33,786 nt of DNA from a virus. The DNA is taken from the IMG/VR virus record IMGVR_UViG_3300021400_000081, positions 1 through 33,786 of that record. The stretch is one strand, 5' to 3'. The translations under genes and the position numbers were made by a program. The notes under the pieces are model-generated. The model worked only from the letters and a program-made list of their open reading frames with translations. It ran no database searches and had not been told where the DNA came from. Below, one piece after another: positions 33,715 to 33,786 of the stretch. Position 1 is the first letter of the stretch. Each line of letters begins with the position of its first letter.

Positions 33715-33786
33715 AAACTCTATAAGGAGTTAGGGGTTTTACTCCTAATTCCTATTTTTTTACAAGAAAGGAGTTGAGAAAATGAA
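33680..33786. repeat. Terminal direct repeat copy 2 (circularisation overlap)
   Basis: Exact copy of bases 1..107. Confidence 0.95.
33725..33761 (+). terminator. Intrinsic terminator/attenuator between the major tail and tape-measure genes (also present at 46..82)
   Basis: aggagttagg (33725-33734) pairs with cctaattcct (33744-33753). This gives 10 bp with one G:U, followed by a ttttttt run (33755-33761). Confidence 0.6.

Noticed and set aside
1-33786. Search for recognisable defence or counter-defence hallmarks (reverse transcriptase/DGR/retron, CBASS cyclase, toxin-antitoxin pairs, restriction-modification, methyltransferase) and for tRNA/rRNA genes
   Set aside because: I could not recognise any such motif in the six-frame translations, nor any cloverleaf in the intergenic regions. 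Absence by eye is weak evidence, and profile searches could still reveal remote homologues among the many small early ORFs.

Overview
The window is one complete, circularly closed temperate siphovirus-like phage genome. The first 107 nt recur exactly at 33680..33786, so the unique length is 33,679 bp. It is very AT-rich with Firmicute-style GGAGG ribosome-binding sites. A CHAP+SH3b endolysin and an NrdD-type glycyl-radical peptide point to an anaerobic low-GC Gram-positive host.

Layout:
- (1) A + strand late operon runs 21739 -> 33786 and wraps to 1 -> 12013. It carries Zn-finger/HNH genes, a ~630-nt structured non-coding region, an HNH gene, cargo genes including a GT-B glycosyltransferase, terS, terL, portal, MuF-like protein, scaffold, capsid, connectors and major tail protein. 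After the wrap it carries the tape measure, tail/baseplate/fibre genes, a free-standing HNH homing endonuclease, a metallophosphoesterase, holin and endolysin.
- (2) A convergent - strand early operon runs 19943 -> 12122. It carries cro-like, replisome organiser, G39P-like loader, Erf, SSB and NinB-like genes, then about 15 tiny translationally coupled genes.
- (3) The lysogeny module sits at 19980..21738, with divergent promoters, a CI-like repressor, a tyrosine integrase and attP with four arm-type repeats.

Most interesting, in order:
- A three-unit structured + strand RNA region at 22085..22711. It is supported by compensatory changes, and every non-Watson-Crick pair in it is G:U.
- An unlisted 45-aa ORF at 11132..11269, between holin and endolysin, that looks like a stand-alone NrdD C-terminal glycyl-radical module.
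- A duplicated promoter-like cassette at 22042 and 27467.
- A paralogous small-gene array with conserved stop/start junction cassettes at 13183..15025.
- No tail chaperone genes between the major tail and tape-measure genes.

All functional calls come from motif recognition by eye. No database search was possible.
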